NCBI RefSeq assembly: GCF_006345805.1
Contig: NC_043018.1
Coordinates: 24,676,001 to 24,740,000 of the forward strand
DNA: 64,000 bases
Origin: Octopus sinensis
Lineage: Eukaryota
Direction: 5' to 3'
Below the pieces are notes generated by a model. The model was not told the DNA's origin. It saw nothing but the letters and a program-made list of their open reading frames with translations, and made no database searches. This document shows positions 50,976 to 63,435 of the stretch, piece by piece. Both the position numbers and the translations under genes were made by a program. Each line of letters opens with the position of its first letter. The first letter of the stretch is position 1.

Positions 50976-51783
50976 TGATCCACAAGCACTCAAGCAAACT
51001 CAGTCCTCAACTTGTTCCATTTACCAAAAGGCTTGCAAGGCACCAGCAGGCTTCAAGAGAGATATTCATGTCCATAGAACATGATTACCCTCGTTTTTGG
51101 TCATTTTGAGACAATCCATCTTATATATGGAATAATCATAATGATAGAGAATATGGAGACTGATCCATCCTTGAAATTCATTTTCTTTTATTTTACAAGG
51201 TCATACACCATATTTCCATGGTTACGACGACCTACATGTGTTTCACTCCAGAAAATATTACCATCCAGTGAAGTGAACACGGAATTACCCATCAGAGGAA
51301 TTTACAGCATCAGTGACAACTCCTTGTAGTCGTAGACATTAAATAGGAATCAATGCAGTTGGCTGTTACCTGGAGCACAACTAAGAGCCACCACAGTATC
51401 CACCTGGATAATACATCCCTCTAAACTCACACACACACACACCACACACACACACACATCTTTTATCTTTTCACCTTTATTTTTTAGTCATTAGACTGTG
51501 ACCAGACCATGCTGGAGCACCAACTTGAATTTTTAGTCAAAAGAACACTTGACAACCAGTGTTGGTATGTTTACATCCTAATTAGTGATTTGGCAAAAGA
51601 GATTGATAGAATAAATACCAGTACTTTAAAAAGATAGTCCTGGGAGAGTGGTTGTTTCATTTGACTAAAATTCTTCTTAGGTGGTGCCCCAGCATGGCCT
51701 CACTCAAATGACTGAAACAAATAAAAAGAAATCTGCTACTACTGGGCTAGGTTGGAAAATCCATTATGGAAGGAAGCACATGT

Positions 51784-51819
<36 letters not shown>

Positions 51820-52699
51820 ATGTGATACGTGTAGTGTATTGTGATGTTGCTTTATGGGATGGGGCAGGGTGGGGTGCTGTATGGTTAAAATAATGTAGTT
51901 GCAGTGAATAAAGATTTTTCCATTTGTTTGGGTGTTTAACATGGACATGTAGAGAACAGCTGTGTTGTTGGGTAGACCCTTCCCCTATCCTCTATACAAG
52001 AGTGGAAGGTTATAGGCATAGAACTGGTGTTACTATAAATGAGGAGGAAGAGGAGGCGCCACACACACAACTGCATTAAATCACATACAAAAACATCAAC
52101 ACACACAAAGATATGAACAAAAGAAACTGACACAGATTCACCAAATGCAATCTGTTAGTGGCACAGTGAACATTTTAAAAACATTCCAAAAGTTTTTCCA
52201 TCTAAAATTCTTCAGGTGAATAAATGCATGCAAACACCAGGAATTCTCTCAGTTCAAAAAGTCTTGTGGCTTTGTTAGTGACTGGCTTAAACTCTCTTAA
52301 GAAGAACTTCAATAAAACTCAAACAATATACATATACACATATCTTTTAATCAATGTTTTAGACATCAGCAAGAAACAGCATCATAGAGTAAGCAACTGG
52401 AGAGTAAATGAAGAACCCTGGGAGTCTGCAGCAATCAAGGATTCTTGGAGTTTGGTACATGGAGGTGGCGGTGTTATTGATGGCAGTGGTGGTGGTGGTG
52501 GTGGTGGTGGTGGTGGGGATGGTGTTGAGTTAGAATTCTGCAAATAACCACAATCTGATCTTTGGTCATGAAAATGATGCTAGCAGCCAAAACATGGCCT
52601 CTCAGAAAATTAATTTCTATATTCATTATGTCTTGCAAGTTGAACATGTGTAATGTATGTATAATAAACATGTCTGCATGTGAGCATGTGTCTGTCTGT

Positions 52700-54012
52700 T
52701 TGTAGGTTTGTATATATATATAATATATACATATATATATATATATACATGTTCATACACACTTATATTTATGCATATATATATATATGCATGTATAATG
52801 TGCATATGTGTGGATATATATATATATATATTTCATGTGTGCGTATATATATATATATGAATATCCCACACCACACACACACACACACACACATATTATA
52901 TATATTATGTTTATATATGTGTGTGTATATATATATATACATACACCACCACACACACACACACACACACACACATATAATATATATATATATATATATA
53001 TAATTAAATATATATATAGGTTTATATTTATGTGTATATATCTGTATATTTGTGTGTGGTTATGTATATATATATATAGTTAAGTTTCAGCTGTGAGAAA
53101 AAGAGTACTCTGTACTGTTGTAAAGATTAGTGATATATATTATTATGGTTGAGTCAGTTTCTTGGTCCCCTGAATTTCCCCTGTGGCAGCACAGTATCTT
53201 TGGGTGAGTCAAAGCTTGTCTGAAGATCATGAACACTCACATGTGAAACTAAGAGTAGCATGAAACTGACTCAAGCAACATAAAATGAAATATATATACT
53301 GTACACACACACATCTATCTATCTACATATATAATGTACATACACATATATATATACATGTATGTATATATACATGTATGTATATATACATGTATGTATA
53401 TATACATGTATATATATATATATATATGTTATATATATATATATAGTTTACATACACATATATATGCATATACATGTATGTATATATACATGTATATATA
53501 TATATATGTTTATATATATATATATATAGTTTACATACACATATATATGCATATATATATTTATATATATACACATATATGCATATATACATATATATAT
53601 ATGTATGTGTGTATATATATATATATAGTGTACATACACACATATATATATAGTGTACATACACATATATATGCATATATATATTTATATATATACACAT
53701 ATATGCATATATACATAGATATATATGTATGTGTATAAGATATTATATATATATATATACATTTATATGTATATATATATATATACTACATTTATATGTA
53801 TGTATATATATGTATTATATATAACTTTATATGTATGTATATATATATGATATATAATGTTTTATATATATATATACATAGATATATATATATGTATATA
53901 TATATGTATTATATATCATAATATATATATATGTATATATATATATAAACAACACACACACCACAACACCCCACACACACACACCACCCACACACCCACA
54001 CATATATATATA
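52700..54012. repeat. Compound (TA)n/(CA)n/(TACA)n low-complexity region
   Basis: Direct inspection. Confidence 0.9.
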
Positions 54013-54435
54013 TAGTATTTATGGGAAAAAGTCAAGGTAGAAAATGCTAAAATAATTTTATCATAAAAAACATTTTAGTAACAGTTTAAGTCATGAGACT
54101 TTTTAAACAACTTAATTGTTTTCCATACTTACAGTTGAACAAGTCTCAATGACTGAAACCAGTACTAAAATGTTTTTTATGATAAAATTATTTTAGCATT
54201 TTGACTTATTTTCCATATACATATCAACTTGTGTTTTCCTTTTCACCTTCTACACACACACACACACATATATTATATATATATATATATTATATATATA
54301 ATATATTATAATATACATGTGGCTTGTGTATAGATTGTTTTATATATAGTATATGGTTATATGTATACGTGAATATATATATCTATATATTTCTCACTCT
54401 CTCTTTATATATATATATATATGTATACATATAAA

Positions 54436-54467
<32 letters not shown>

Positions 54468-55014
54468 ATATTATGTTTGTATGTGTGTTATGATCCATCA
54501 TGCTCTGTAAATCATATAAATAAAAACATTTTTCCTTCTTTCTCTCTTTCTCTCTGTTTTCATGATTCTTAATGTGTGAAGTCATTCTTGGCACTCCTTC
54601 CATCTTTTGTTAAAAAAAAAAAGAAAGAAAAAAAAAGCAAATTGATTTTTTTAATACTTCAATCCAGTCCAACAGCTGGCAGCTACATATGAACACTCGC
54701 ACACACACACACTCACAACATAGACACAAATGTTGGTATACATGTATATAAAATGCACACACACACACATATATTTCTTTATTGCCCACAGGGGGCTAAA
54801 CATAGAGGGAGCAAACATGGACAGACAAAGGGATTAAGTTGATTACATCGACCCCAGTGTGTAACTGGTACTTAATTTATGAAAGGTAAAGGATGAAAGG
54901 TAAAGTCGGCCTCAGCAGAGTTTGAACTCAGAGCATAACGACAGATGAAATACCGCTGAGTATTTCGCCCGGCGTGCTAATGTTTTTGAGAAGTACAAGC
55001 CAGTAACAGATGAG

Positions 55015-55210
55015 ATTGTATGAATTTGGGCAATGAAAAAAATAACTGTCATCTGGTATCTGTTGGGGCATTGAGAGCATTAACAATGAGGGTTGAGAAA
55101 TTTGTTGGAGAAATTGGGATTGACATGAGGGTAGAACATTCCCAGAAAACTACTTTATTCGGAGTTTTGAGGTTGGTACTTGAATGTGAAGTATCGTGGA
55201 AAGACCCAAA
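55015..55210 (+). mobile_element. R4/Dong-type LINE C-terminal fragment (restriction-like endonuclease tail)
   Basis: ORF 55020..55220 VSVGALRALTMRVEKFVGEIGI...EHSQKTTLFGVLRLVL resembles V.GALG...LEK.L..IGI......QK..L.GT.RILRKVL. Confidence 0.65.
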
Positions 55211-56274
55211 ATATTGTTGAGGGTTTGGTTCTTTCCATTTCAATCTGCTTGACCACATAACCTCTTTCACTAAGGTCCCCAGACAGATAAACACTGCCTG
55301 TCCTTCATGGCAGCTGGAAAGTGGAAACCATCACAATAGATTCAACTGATTTCGAGAGCTGTTCTACAGATGAGAGCAGGCGTTTAGCATAATTCCACAA
55401 AAAGCACCATCTGATTGTGGCCGTTGCCAGCCTCGTCTGGCCCCCGTGCCGGTGGCACCTAAAAAGCATTATCCGATCGAGGCCGTTTGCCAGCCTCGTC
55501 TGGCACCTGTGCAGATGGCACGTAAAAAGTACCCACTACACTCACGGAGTGGTTGGCATTAGGAAGGGCATCCAGCTGTAGAAACTCTGCCAGATCTGAC
55601 TGGCCTGGTGCAGCCTCCTGGCTTCCCAGACCCCAGTTGAACCGTCCAACCCATGCTAGCATGGAAAACGGACGTTAAACGATGATGATGATGATGATTA
55701 ATGCTTAGGCAGAACAGTTTTGTCATTCTGTGCATATGTTGGACAGGCCAATAATAATAATCCTTTCTACTATAAACACAAGGTCTGAAATTTTGCAGGG
55801 TGGGGCCCAATCAATTACATCAACCCCAGTGTGTATCTGATACTTATTTCATCGGCCCAAGAGGATGAAAGCAAAGTTGATCTCAGAGGTATTTGAACTT
55901 AGAACATAAAGATGACTGGAATGCTGCTTAGCCTGTATGTCAGCCAGATCAGGTGTAACCTGAGCTTAGACAACAGCAACAACTGAAATGGTCACTAACA
56001 ACTGTAGAAATGAGAAGTGTCCCATTGAAGTTAACTATGTTCCCACATGACATCATCATGTGAAGGGTTACAGTTTACATTGCTACGTAGTTGTCCCACT
56101 TGTGTGTTTTGCTTATGTTTGGCTATCAGCCGAAATTTGCTAGGATGATCCGGTTCCTGACTGAAGATTAGAGTCTTCGAATCACCCGTCCGTTTTTTGT
56201 GTCGTCTCTTTCTGTATTTTGCGTTCTTGTCCCATTTTGTATTTTTATATATAATTTTTATACATTTATATATA

Positions 56275-56312
<38 letters not shown>

Positions 56313-57072
56313 ATTAATATGGAAATCAATATCAGAAAACTCCTCAGAATGATATACACGTGTGAAAAATAATTGTTGTATTAAAAATATATAAATAATA
56401 AATATAATATGTATAAAAAATATGTAAATATATATATATATATATTTATATAAATATTATAGATATATCATACCTTATATATATATAATCGCTCGTATTC
56501 AAATATAATTATTTTATAGTATTAATGCTTTGATATAATAGATCACATATCAATTTCTGTATAAATATTCTCATAGAATATATTTAACTAGGATTTATAT
56601 ATATATTTATATATATAATATATATATATATATAATATTATAAAATAAGGCAAAAGAAAAATTCTAATGCCAATATGCCAGAAAAAAGATAAATTTATGC
56701 GAGACGCATAAATTGTAATGTTTTGACAATTTTGTCTTTTTTTTTGCATATTTGGCATTAGAATTTTTCTTTTGCCCTCATTTTATAAGTTATTTATAAA
56801 TTTAACCTTTAAAGGTATTTTTTGATATGCTGGCCATTGATAAAAAATTTTTCCGAAAGAAATTTTATCCTACATTAGTTGTATATATATATCACCCACT
56901 ACACTCACAGAGTGGTTGGCGTTAGGAAGGGCATCCAGCCGTAGAAACACTGCCAGATCTGACTGGGCCTGATGAAGCCTTCCAGCTTCACAGACCCCAG
57001 TTGAACCGTCCAACCCATGCTAGCATGGAAAACGGACGCTGAATGATGATGATGATGATGATGATATATATA

Positions 57073-58379
57073 TCTCTATATATAAAACTGAAATGCGTTT
57101 TTACCGCTTGGTTCGCTTTCAATGCCACTACATCCCGTCCAATTCGCTCCAAAATTTACAGGGACATGTAGAATGAGGTGACGATGCGCGTGGGCTACCT
57201 TACAAATCCCTATCTTAAAAGGTGTGGTTGCTTGGGACCATCTTCCTACCTCACCCTATTTCCTCCAGTACTCTGTCACTCCTCTTCATTTGACAATGCA
57301 ACTACCGTTATTTAATGTAAGGTCTTCCTCAAATCACTCTGTAGCTATTTACTCTCTTCCAAGAACATTTTCACTCACTCTATCTCTTAGCTTCCTATAC
57401 ATTTTACTCATGTATCTATCAGCGTTCATGGACAGTAACAAATATTACTCGCCATCCCCATCGCCATCGCATTCTATTGTCTACCTGTCAACACACACAC
57501 AACATATTCATATATCTAATATTATATTTTTATTTTTATGTTTTTGGTTTTGTTGTTTTTTACTGTTTCATTTCCCTATTAGTGGTTTTATCTCTAATTT
57601 AATTTCTACAGCGTGCACACACACACACACACACACACACACCTATATGTAGCCCCAGTACACCCGAATGAAATCGGGTTCTCTTCATCAAAATGTGAAA
57701 AGGGGTCTACAATTATCATCGCCACAACTTATGTATGTCTTCCTCACTCACTCACTCTTCTTTCCTAATGATAATTATCATCGCCACCACCAACACCACC
57801 AACACACAATCTGGACAATCTTTCTCTTTTTATTTCTCAACTTACTCAAGATCTTTTGTTGTTTATAATTGGAGAGAGATACATAAAGATAGAGAGTAAG
57901 AGAAAGCGAGGGAGATCCTCCGAGAGGAAGTAAGAGAGAGAAAGAGAGAGTGGAAAGTGAGAGAGACAGGAGAAAGAAACAAAGACGGAGAATCATCATC
58001 ATCATCATCATCATCATCGTTTAACGTCCGTTTTCCGTGCTAGCACGGGTTGGACAGTTTGACAGGGGTCTGGGAAGCCAGGAGGCTGCACCAGGCTCCA
58101 GTCTGATCTGGCAGTGTTTCGACAGGTGGATGCCCTTCCTAACGCCAACCACTCTGTGAGCATAGTGGGTGCTTTTTTCGTGCCGCCTGCACAGGTGCCA
58201 GGGGGGCTGGCAGCGGCCACGATCGGTTGGTGCTTTTTACGTGCCACCAGCACAGAAGCCAGTCAAGGCGGCGCTGCAATCCGCCACGTTCGGATGGTGC
58301 TTTTTACGTGCTGAAAGGAAGCAACAGAAAGTAACAACCACACTCTTACCCGCGCGTAGAGCGGGTCACCTTCAGCTAG
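57073..58379 (+). mobile_element. Non-autonomous Helitron (about 1.3 kb) carrying a family E retroposon insert
   Basis: A|TCTCTATATATAAAA start; ACCCGC-gcgtaga-GCGGGT hairpin at 58348-58366, then CTAG|T at 58376-58380. Confidence 0.7.
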
Positions 58380-58731
58380 TATATATATATAAATGATGAA
58401 TAACCAAACAAGAAAAACACACATGTGAGACAACTACACACACACACACACACCCAGAGCTAGATAAATTGTGTCTCCGTATGTATATATTTTCGGTAAT
58501 GTGATCTGTACCTCTCCACAGTAACTATTTACAATCAGGTGAGAGAGAGAAAGAGAGACTCGTAAGAGACAGACAAAGCAGTACAGATAGTAAGAGAGGT
58601 GTCCCTAATGAGTGCGATGGAAGAGAAGGGGGTGGTAGCTAGAGAACGATGGGTCACGGTAATGAGCGGTGATGGTAGCTGAAACATTCTTTACCCATCA
58701 CCGTGACGGGAGGATACATTTCCATTAATAA

Positions 58732-59048
58732 GACTCCGCCGGTTACGACGACGAGGGTCCCAGCTGATACGATCAACGGAACAGCTTGCTCGTGAAATTA
58801 ACGTGCAAATGGCTGAGCATTCCACAGACACGTGTACCCTTAACGTAGTTCTCGGGGAAAATCAGCGTGACACAGAGAGTGACAAGGCTGACCCTTTGAA
58901 ATACAAGTACAACTCATTTTTGCCAGCTGAGTGGACTGGAGCAACGTGAAATAAAGTGTCTTGCTCAAGGACACAACGCGTCGCCGGGAATCGAACTCAC
59001 AACCTTACGATCATGAGCCGAATGCCCTAACCACTAAGCCACGCGCCC
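58732..59048 (-). mobile_element. tRNA-headed SINE, 'family D' (well-preserved copy); other copies at about 3630-3795, 3945-4270, 15955-16335, 21507-21790, 29210-29528, 33575-33690, 35200-35522
   Basis: Reverse complement GGCGCGTGGCTTAGTGGTTAGGGC...GAGTTCGATTCCCGG gives Pol III A and B boxes; shared body seen in multiple dispersed copies. Confidence 0.9.
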
Positions 59049-59197
59049 TCACACATTTCCATTACCAACGAGGTCGCCTACGATTCAAAAGCTACCAACC
59101 ACTTCTAGCAAACATTATGTACTTTTGAAGGGATCTATTTCCCGTGTGTTCTTATTGATCCTTACTGATTTTCTCCATTCCCTGCATATAAAATCTG

Positions 59198-59619
59198 GGC
59201 AATCTTTCGTCTCTAGTAGACCTTTCCGTCGATTTCTGTAAAAAATTTTTTTTTTTACATATGGGCTTGCGGGAACTTTTGAAGTAATGAGAGCGAAAAA
59301 GACTAAGAGAAAGCGATTGTATGACGAGGGAAGTTCTTTTGAAGTTACCGTGCATGTGAAGCATTGATGTACATGTGTGTGTGTGTGTGTTTGATGGGGT
59401 GTGGGAGACAGACAGTATGTTGTGTAAGTGAAGTGCTTCTATTAGTGTGTGTGAAGAGACAGAGTAATGTGTGAAAGAAAGAGATAACTGAAATTTTTTA
59501 ATCGGTGTATGTGTATATGTATGTATATTACTTCAAAAGTTCCCGCAAGCCCATATGTAAAAAAAATAAATTTTTTTACGGAAATCGACGGAAAGGTCTA
59601 CTAGAGACGAAAGATCGCC
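59198..59619. mobile_element. Foldback element with about 90-bp TIRs and 8-bp TSD (Merlin- or Mutator-like)
   Basis: 59198-59288 is the near-perfect reverse complement of 59527-59619; AAAATCTG at 59190-59197 and 59620-59627; termini GGC...GCC. Confidence 0.88.
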
Positions 59620-60959
59620 AAAATCTGTTTTTCTGTCAGTCAACTTATAATTCAACTTCACCTCTTGCACTCGCATTGTTTTTAATGAGTACTAAGTATG
59701 AATTCCTACTCATCTCTTTTCTATCTCCTTTCCTACACACGAATACGTTAGTCTTTGTTATTTTACTTAGTTGTTTTATTGTTCAATGTTTTGCTCTAAT
59801 TCTATTTTTCAAGGTTTTGCTTCCCTACCTTCTCTAATTATTCTATAGATTCAGCTATGATAACAAAGTAGTCAGTATACGGGAGTTAACCACAGACAGC
59901 CAACCTTAAACTGCTCTGCTACGTCCGAAGGACTACGATACACAGAAGTCGTGCTGACGACCAAAACTTTGAAGGGCTTCTGCCTGATTGCTTAATTCAT
60001 GGCTGAATTCATTGCAGACTCTTAGTTTGTTGACAGACCCTCCATTCATGTTTACCCCTCAAAAACCATTCACCTAATATTCTCAGCGATCCCCAGTTTA
60101 CAAAGCAAAGGAACCCGTTGAAGCCTTCTAGGTGTAGGAGGTTTACTCTGCTAAGCACTTCTCGTGTAGTTGTCTCATTAGGAAGTTGACATTGGTGGTA
60201 CCTTTCCTGTTTAAGATCGAACCACTTCTCTTAAAGGCTACGATGACTTGCGTATTTGTTTTAAATTCGTTCCGGCAGTTTAAACGTGAATATTACAATC
60301 TTTGTTGAAATTAGTCGACGGAGAACAACTTCTCCACTCAGAAATTTGGCAACTAACACATAGGAAATAATTTGTTAGCCGATGTTAGAAACAGGAACGA
60401 CAATATCTTGTTAGATTCATTAGTCCAGGCTATCTTTGGGTGAGGTAACACAACGATCTCGAAACACCGGGTATCCCAAAGTCCTCTTATGCTAATGAAT
60501 CAAGTAATTTGTGATACAATCGTCTGAACAGAGGAGGTGTTCTCCATTGATGACATCTAACAGCGACATCCACTTCGACCTGGCGGAATGATTATGTAAG
60601 TCAATCGTTTTGATTCTCAATATACACATGACGACCTTGACTAATCATTGTCCTAATCAAATTGTACAATAACTATTTCTTTTTTTTTTTTTGTAACTTT
60701 TATCAACGGTTCGAACAATTTGATGCCTCTGTAGTTTCCTCTCTCCGGTGCATCACCTTTGTATTTGTTCACAATGATGCTAGCCCAAGTTGTTAGGTTG
60801 TGACACGTCCCTGCATTGTCTATCTGGTTGACTCTGAATGACTAGCCTACGTTTTACTTAGGATATTTTACGCAGCTCAGCGACTATTCCTGATAGACCA
60901 GCTACTTCCTCTGTGGTCATAACCTTAATTGCGCTTGCTATATAACAATTGCCCACCTG

Positions 60960-61210
60960 AATGGATGGTTCACCTGTTGGGCCTACTTAGGGACAAGCTT
61001 CTTTCTCCCAAGCATTCTTCTTTTTCAACATTCTTTATTTCTCTTTTTATTAAAAATTCCCTAACGAGGTGAGAAATCACTGAGTGTAAGGGACGATGAG
61101 GAAGGAGAAATCAAGATAGAAGGGATGAATTTACTTTAGACTTGAAAGAGCTCAGGTCATAGGGGAAACGGTGAAATGGAAGAGAGTTCCAAAGCCCGGC
61201 AATTAATTGT
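60960..61210 (-). mobile_element. CR1/Jockey-type LINE 3' end nested in the RTE relic
   Basis: Minus strand GLWNSLPFHRFPYDLSSFKSKVN, typical post-RT C-terminus. Confidence 0.65.
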
Positions 61211-61549
61211 TTAGCACTTCTACATTTTTTTCTGGCATCGGTAAGTGAAAATATGCCATTATAATTCTATACACTCTTCCCGCTCACGCTATCCCGAACC
61301 TTCTTTCTTGCCTGGCATCATGGAATATTTCCGTTCTTCCCGTTACCGAACATTAGCAGGCCACTTCTGGTTTATCCTCATCTGACTTTAAGTCTCGCTT
61401 CTAACTACTTCATATTGGTCTTTGCTGCACGATTTTTCCAGTCATTCCAGGCTTGTCCCGTACCTTTTATAGAACTATTCCATCCCCTCTCTTCTATCCC
61501 GTCTGGCTGGGACCTTACACCAACCACAGATTTGTAGGGTAATTTGTTG

Positions 61550-61781
61550 AGTACTTGTATCGCAGAGTGGTCCCGGTTTGCGCAGACGCGCTACCCAGAC
61601 GTAGCCAGTCGATCCTACGAGCTGACTGGCGCATGCACGATATATACGATATATACTTGTATCGATATATACATGTATACGATATATTTACTTGTATGTA
61701 TACGATATATTTACTTGTATATATACGATATATACTTGTATCGCACGTCCCCGATTCGCGCCACTCTGCGATACAAGTACC
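61550..61781. mobile_element. MITE with 20-bp perfect TIRs and 9-bp TSD (Mutator-like)
   Basis: GTACTTGTATCGCAGAGTGG (61551-61570) and its reverse complement (61761-61780); AATTTGTTG at 61541-61549 and 61782-61790. Confidence 0.9.
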
Positions 61782-62445
61782 AATTTGTTGCAGGTTGTAA
61801 CATAGAAGGCAATTGAGTGTCATCTATGTGACAGGTCTCTACCCGTTCCTCTCTCCTGTCCTATGGCTCAACTAAAATTTTCATGAAATCTTTTTCATAG
61901 TGTTTTATACAATTGGGTCTGTTTAGTTCTTAATCTGAACTCATTTATTACTGACCAATAATGTGTGAGACATTCTTCAGCAGGGAAAAATTTAGTGTTC
62001 ACAAACGACTTTCTACCGTTTTTTTTTTTTTTTTTTTCGCGATATAAAGATTTGGTCTCTGTCTGTTTACATGTGGTCATTTTCCTGCAATAAATTTGAC
62101 CATTTACATCATGGAACTACTTCTAGAGACACACACACACAATATGTATGTGTGTGCGTGTGCTATAAGTATATAAAGATAAATTATCCTGGCGGGTACC
62201 GTACAAGTACTCCGGTATAGCCTGGTTCCAGGCTAACCGCATCGAGTAATAAGAAGCATCTAGGATCACGTGGGGTTAGCAATGACATTGCAATTCTTTT
62301 GATGGGTAAATCTTGGATTCGTTTCACTGAATTAGGAATAATTTCGATATGGTAAATCCAAAATAATTATAATGAATACGGAGACTGGAACATTTGCATA
62401 TTTTTTATTTTTACAGTAAATTATACAGTATAATTGGTTTAGATA

Positions 62446-62725
62446 ATTGGTTTGCCTTTCATCCTTTCAGGGTCGATAAATTAAGTACCATAAATTAAGT
62501 TGATGTAATCGACTTAATCCGTTTGTCTGTCCTTGTTTGTCCCCTCTATGTTTAGCCCCTTGTGGGTAGTAAAGAAATAGGTATTTCGTCTGTCTGCACG
62601 TTCTGAGTTCAAATTCCGCCGAGGTCGACTTTGCCTTTCATCCTTTCGGGGTCGAAATACTGGGGTCGATGTAATCGACTAGTCCCTTCCCCACAAATTT
62701 CACACCTTGTGCTTTAGTAGAAAGA
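62446..62725 (+). mobile_element. 5'-truncated dimeric family B SINE with 16-bp TSD
   Basis: ATAATTGGTTTAGATA at 62430-62445 and 62726-62741; two family B monomers joined at AAAGAAATAGGTATTTC. Confidence 0.8.
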
Positions 62726-63063
62726 ATAATTGGTTTAGATATGACCAACACGTGTTTCTGCAGCAATTCATCTCTAGCTATGTTCCCGAATACAGCTTGA
62801 TTCAAGGCATGTCCACAAATATGGCTTGAAGTAGACTGAGTTTATTTGTGCATGGCTAACATATTTTGCTAGTTTGCTATGGTTTTAGAGAGAAAAAAGG
62901 AAGTGAAGGGGATATTTATATTTATAGGTTTTAGGACGAAACAGGGTCCTAGACCTTAAAATAGGTCAAAGTGTATTCCTCAGTGTTTTGTACAACAATT
63001 ACGTACTAAATTAGATTAAATAGAAAATAAATTAAATCCTATCAGATTAAATTATATATATAT

Positions 63064-63435
63064 GCGCAGGAGTGGCTGTGTGGTAAGTAGCTTGCTTACC
63101 AACTACATGGTTCCGGGTTCAGTTCCACCGTGGGCAAGTGTCTTCTACTATAGCCTCGGGCCGACCAATGCCTTGTGAGTGGATTTGGTAGACGGAAACT
63201 GAAAGAAGCCCGTCGTATAATATGTATATGTATGTGTGTGTGTCTGTGTTTGTCCTTCAACATCGCTTGACAACCGATGTTGGTGTGTTTACGTCCCCGT
63301 AACTTAGCGGTTCGGCAAAAGACCGATAAAATAAGTACTAGGCTTGCAAAGAATAAGTCCTGAGGTCGATTTGCTCGACTAAAGGCGGTGCTCCAGCGTG
63401 GCCGCAGTCAAATGACTGAAATAAGTAAAAGAGAG
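63064..63435 (+). mobile_element. SINE family A, full length; further partial or decayed copies at about 3293-3570, 6010-6330, 10735-10885, 14166-14340, 15257-15700, 19630-20210, 25115-25400, 63830-63990
   Basis: Same head, internal (TG)n and tail as the other family A copies. Confidence 0.9.

Larger units (their letters stand above)
59860..61900 (-). mobile_element. Fragmented RTE-clade LINE (linker + RT) interrupted by nested insertions
   Basis: Minus-strand peptides: QAWNDWKN (about 61440), GLSGIVAE and IIVN.YKGDAPERGNYRGIKL (about 60690-60880), RKGTTNVNFLMRQLHEKCLAE (about 60150-60210), FKVGCLW (about 59890-59910), matching RTE RT motifs; multiple stops and frameshifts. Confidence 0.8.

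Noticed and set aside
51050-51420. Unique-looking sequence, ORF 51081..51329
   Set aside because: No recognisable domain in any frame and no good splice signals
56110-56190. Additional hammerhead-like motif (CTGACTGAAGA...TCTTCGAAT)
   Set aside because: Core has an extra base, GAAA is broken and stems I and III are not evident; too degenerate to support
57224-57652. 142-aa ORF
   Set aside because: Inside the Helitron, low complexity and ending in (CA)n; no domain recognised
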